Origin: Eledone cirrhosa
Taxonomy: Eukaryota
Direction of reading: 5' to 3'
DNA length: 64,000 nucleotides
Assembly (NCBI GenBank): GCA_964016885.1
Contig: CAXHJY010001327.1
Coordinates: 248,001 to 312,000, forward strand
Shown: one piece after another, positions 58,831-64,000 of the stretch
How positions within the stretch are numbered: position 1 is the first letter of the stretch
Layout of the letters: each line of letters starts with the position of its first letter
Notes under the pieces: model-generated
Seen by the model: only the letters and a program-made list of their open reading frames with translations
Told to the model about the DNA's origin: nothing
Databases searched by the model: none
Made by a program: the position numbers and the translations under genes

Positions 58831-61800
58831 AAAACTAGTAATGACTTACCATGACTATAAAACTAGTAATGACTGTTACCATGAATATAAAACTGGTAAT
58901 GACTGTTACAATGAAATATAGTTCTAGTAATGACTGTTACAATGAAATATAGAACTGGTAATGACTGTTACAATGAAATATAAAACTAGTAATGACTGTT
59001 ACAATGAAACAATGAACTAGTAATGACTGTTACAATGAAATATAAAACTAGTAATGACTGTTACAATGAAATATAGAACTAGTAATGACTGTTACATTGA
59101 AATATAAAACTAGTAATGGCTGTTACAATGAAATATAGAACTAGTAATGACTGTTACAATGAACTATAAAACTAGTAATGACTTACGATGAAATATAGTA
59201 CTAGAAATGACTGTTACAATGAATATAAAACTAGTAATGACTGTTACCATGAATATAAAACTAGTAATGACTTACCATGAATATAAAACTAGTAATGACG
59301 GTTACAATGAAATATAGTTCTAGTAATGACTGTTACAATGAAATATAGTTCTAGTAATGACTGTTACAATGAAATATAGAACTGGTAATGACTGTTACAA
59401 TGAAATATAGAACTAGTAATGACTGTTACAATGAAATATAGAATTAGTATTGACTGTGACAATGAAATATAGAATTAGTAATGACTGTCACAATGAAATA
59501 TAGTTCTAGTAATGACTGTTACAATGAAACATAGAACTAGTAATGACTGTTACAATGAAATATAGAACTAGTAATGACTGTTACAATGAAATATAGAACT
59601 AGTAATGACTGTTACAATGAAATATAGAATTAGTAATGACTGTCACAATGAAATATAAAACTAGTAATGACTGTTACAATGAAATATAGAAAAAATAATG
59701 ACTGTTACATGGAAATATAAAACTAGTAATGACTGTTATAATAAAATACAGTACTAGTAAAGACTGTTACAATGAATATAAAACTAGTAATGACTGTTAC
59801 AACGAATATAAAACTAGTAATGACTGTTACAATGAAATATAAAACAATCAATGACTGTTTCAATGAAAAATAGAACTAGTAATGACTGTTACAATGAAAT
59901 ATAGAACTAGTAATGACTGTTACAATGAAATATACACCTAGTAATAACTGTTACAATGAAATATAAAACTAGTAATGACTGTTTCAATGAAATATGGTAC
60001 TAGTAATAACTGTTATAATGAAATATAAAACTAGTAATGACTGTTACAATGAAATATAAAACTAGTAATGACTGTTACAATGAAATATAAAACTAATTAT
60101 GACTGTTACAATGAAATATAAAACTAGTAATGACTGTTACACTGAAATATAAAACTAGTAATGACTGTTACAATGAAATATAAAACTAGTAATGACTGTT
60201 ACAATGAAATATAGAACTAGTAATGACTGTTACAATGAATATAAAACTAGTAATGACTGTTAAAAGGAATATAAAACTAGTAATGACTTATAATGAAATA
60301 TAGAACTAGTAATGACTGTTACAATGAATATAAAACTAGTAATGACTGTTACAATGAATATAAAACTAGTAATGACTGTTCCAATGAATATAAAACTAGT
60401 AATCACTGTTACAATGAATATAAAACTAGTAATGACTGTTACAATGAATATAAAACTAGTAATGACTGTTACAATGAATATAAAACTAGTAATGACCGTT
60501 ATAATGAAATATAGAACTAGTAATGACTGTTACAATGAAATATAGAACTAGTAATGACTGTTACATTGAAATATAAAACTAGTAATGGCTATTACAATGA
60601 ATATAAAACTAGTAATGACTGTTACAATGAATATAAAACTAGTAATGACTATTACAATGAATATAAAACTAGTAATGACTGTTATAATGAAATATAGAAC
60701 TAGTAATGACTGTTTCAATGAAATATAGAACTAGTAATGACTGTTACAATGAAATATAGAATTAGTAATGACTGTCACAATGAAATATAGTTCTAGTAAT
60801 GACTGTTACAATGAAACATAGAACTAGTAATGACTGTTACAATGAAATATAGAACTAGTAATGACTGTTACAATGAAATATAGAACTAGTAATGACTGTT
60901 ACAATGAAATATAGAATTAGTAATGACTGTCACAATGAAATATAAAACTAGTAATGACTGTTACAATGAAATATAGAAAAAATAATGACTGTTACATGGA
61001 AATATAAAACTAGTAATGACTGTTATAATAAAATATAGTACTAGTAAAGACTGTTACAATGAATATAAAACTAGTAATGACTGTTACAACGAATATAAAA
61101 CTAGTAATGACTGTTACAATGAAATATAAAACAATCAATGACTGTTTCAATGAAAAATAGAACTAGTAATGACTGTTACAATGAAATACAGAACTAGTAA
61201 TGACTGTTACAATGAAATATACAACTAGTAATAACTGTTACAATGAAATATAAAACTAGTAATGACTGTTTCAATGAAATATGGTACTAGTAATAACTGT
61301 TATAATGAAATATAAAACTAGTAATGACTGTTACAATGAAATATAAAACTAGTAATGACTGTTACAATGAAATATAAAACTAGTAATGACTGTTACAATG
61401 AAATATAAAACTAGTAATGACTGTTACAATGAAATATAAAACTAGTAATGACTGTTACAATGAAATATAAAACTAGTAATGACTGTTACAATGAAATATA
61501 GAACTAGTAATGACTGTTAAAAGGAATATAAAACTAGTAATGACTGTTAAAAGGAATATAAAACTAGTAATGACTTATAATGAAATATAGAACTAGTAAT
61601 GACTGTTACAATGAATATAAAACTAGTAATGACTGTTACAATGAATATAAAACTAGTAATGACTGTTCCAATGAATATAAAACTAGTAATGACTGTTACA
61701 ATGAATATAAAACTAGTAATGACTGTTACAATGAATATAAAACTAGTAATGACCGTTATAATGAAATATAGAACTAGTAATGACTGTTACAATGAAATAT

Positions 61801-64000
61801 AGAACTAGTAACGACCGTTACATTGAAATATAAAACTAGTAATGGCTATTACAATGAAATATAGAACTAGTAATGACTGTTACAATGAAATATAAAACTA
61901 GTAATGACGTATAATGAAATATAGAATTAGTAATGACTGTTACGATGAAATATAAAACTAGTAATGACAGTTACAATGAAATAATGAACTAGTAATGACT
62001 GTTACAATGAAATATAAAACTAGTAATGACTGCTACAATGAAATATAAAACTAGTAATGACTGTTACAATGAAATATAGTACTAGTAATGACTGTTACAA
62101 TGAATATAAAACTAGTAATGACTTACCATGAATATAAAACTAGTAATGACTATTACCATGAATATAAAACTGGTAATGACTGTTACAATGAAATATAGTT
62201 CTAGTAATGACTGTTACAATGAAATATAGAACTGGTAATGACTGTTACAATGAAATATAGAACTGGTAATGACTGTTACAATGAAATATAAAACTAGTAA
62301 TGACTGTTACAATGAAATATAAAACTAGTAATGACTGTTACAATGAATATAAAACTAGTAATTACTGTTACAATGAAATATAGAACTAGTGATGACTGTT
62401 ACAATGAATATAAAATTAGTAATGACTGTTACATTGAAATATAAAACTAGTAATGACTGTTACAATGAAATATAAAACTAGTAATGACTGTTACAATGAA
62501 ATATAGAACTAGTAATGACTGTTTCAATGAAATATAGAACTAGTAATGACTGTTACAATGAAATATAGAACTAGTAATGACTGTTACATTGAAATATAAA
62601 ACTAGTAATGGCCGTTACAATGAAATATAGAACTAGTAATGACTGTTACAATGAAATATAAAACTAGTAATGACTGTTACAATGAAATATAGAACTAGTA
62701 ATGACTGTTACAATGAAATATAGAACTAGTAATGACTGTTACAATGAAATATAGAACTAGTAATGACTGTTACAATTAAATATAGAACTAGTAATGACTG
62801 TTACAATGAAATATAGAACTAGTAATGACTGTTGCAATGAAATATAGTTCTAGTAATGACTGTCACAATGAAATATAGTACTGAAAATGACTGTTACAAT
62901 GAATATAAAACTAGTAATGACTGTTACCATGAATATAAAACTAGTAATGACTTACCATGAACAAAACTAGTAATGACTGTTACAATGAAATATAGTACTA
63001 GAAATGACTGTTACAAGGAATATAAAACTAGTAATGACTGTTACAATGAAATATAAAACTAGTAATGACTGTTACAATGAAATATAGAACTAGTAATGAC
63101 TGTTACAATGAATATAAAACTAGTAATGACTGTTACAAGGAATATAAAACTAGTAATGACTGTTATAATGAAATATAGAACTATTAATGACTGTTACAAT
63201 GAAATATAGAACTAGTAATGACTGTTACAATGAATATAAAACTAGTAATGACTGTTACAATGAATATAAAACTAGTAATGACTGTTACAATGAAATATAA
63301 AACTAGTAATGACTGTTACAATGAAATATAGAACTAGTAATGACTGTTACAATGAATATAAAACTAGTAATGACTGTTAAAAGGAATATAAAACTAGTAA
63401 TGACTTATAATGAAATATAGAACTAGTAATGACTGTTACAATGAATATAAAACTAGTAATGACTGTTACAATGAATATAAAACTAGTAATGACTGTTCCA
63501 ATGAATATAAAACTAGTAATCACTGTTACAATGAATATAAAACTAGTAATGACTGTTACAATGAATATAAAACTAGTAATGACTGTTACAATGAATATAA
63601 AACTAGTAATGACCGTTATAATGAAATATAGAACTAGTAATGACTGTTACAATGAAATATAGAACTAGTAATGACTGTTACATTGAAATATAAAACTAGT
63701 AATGGCTATTACAATGAATATAAAACTAGTAATGACTGTTACAATGAATATAAAACTAGTAATGACTATTACAATGAATATAAAACTAGTAATGACTGTT
63801 ATAATGAAATATAGAACTAGTAATGACTGTTTCAATGAAATATAGAACTAGTAATGACTGTTACAATGAAATATAGAATTAGTAATGACTGTCACAATGA
63901 AATATAGTTCTAGTAATGACTGTTACAATGAAACATAGAACTAGTAATGACTGTTACAATGAAATATAGAACTAGTAATGACTGTTACAATGAAATATAG
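58825..64000. repeat. Same ~31-bp satellite array (right part; runs off the window end)
   Basis: The array resumes in the same orientation and register (GAATAT-AAAACTAGTAATGAC...) immediately after the retrotransposon. Confidence 0.99.

Noticed and set aside
6525-63662. Many 63-77 aa ORFs with YKTSNDCYNE / MTVTMNIKLV / VTVITSFIFL repeats
   Set aside because: They arise wherever 5-6 consecutive 30-bp monomers keep the frame. They are open in several frames at once and end at the next 31-mers. There is no evidence of genes; they are useful only as block markers.
1-64000. CRISPR-like array (repeat length ~30 bp, next to an RT gene)
   Set aside because: Monomers abut with no unique spacers, and there is no leader or cas gene. 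The RT is a eukaryotic non-LTR type with an APE domain, not a group II/retron/DGR/Cas1-fused RT.

Overview
Eukaryotic heterochromatin-type sequence, not a gene region. About 61 kb of the window is one AT-rich tandem satellite with a 31-bp consensus monomer, AATGAAATATA(G/A)AACTAGTAATGACTGTTAC. Length variants of 30, 29, 28 and 23 bp occur, all head-to-tail, and rare variants organise the array into kilobase-scale higher-order blocks. The array is interrupted once, at 55746-58824, by a young, 5'-truncated RTE-clade non-LTR retrotransposon on the minus strand. It has a 6-bp target-site duplication (GAATAT), a short (TGA)n tail, a 3' hairpin, and a stop-free frame of about 929 codons encoding a partial APE endonuclease and a reverse transcriptase. 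The most unusual feature is a complete C4-H-C3 PHD-type zinc finger inserted inside the RT region. All short ORFs in the satellite are artefacts of runs of 30-bp monomers. From memory only, the element's 3' end resembles octopus RTE repeats; this is unverified. All coordinates were read by eye.
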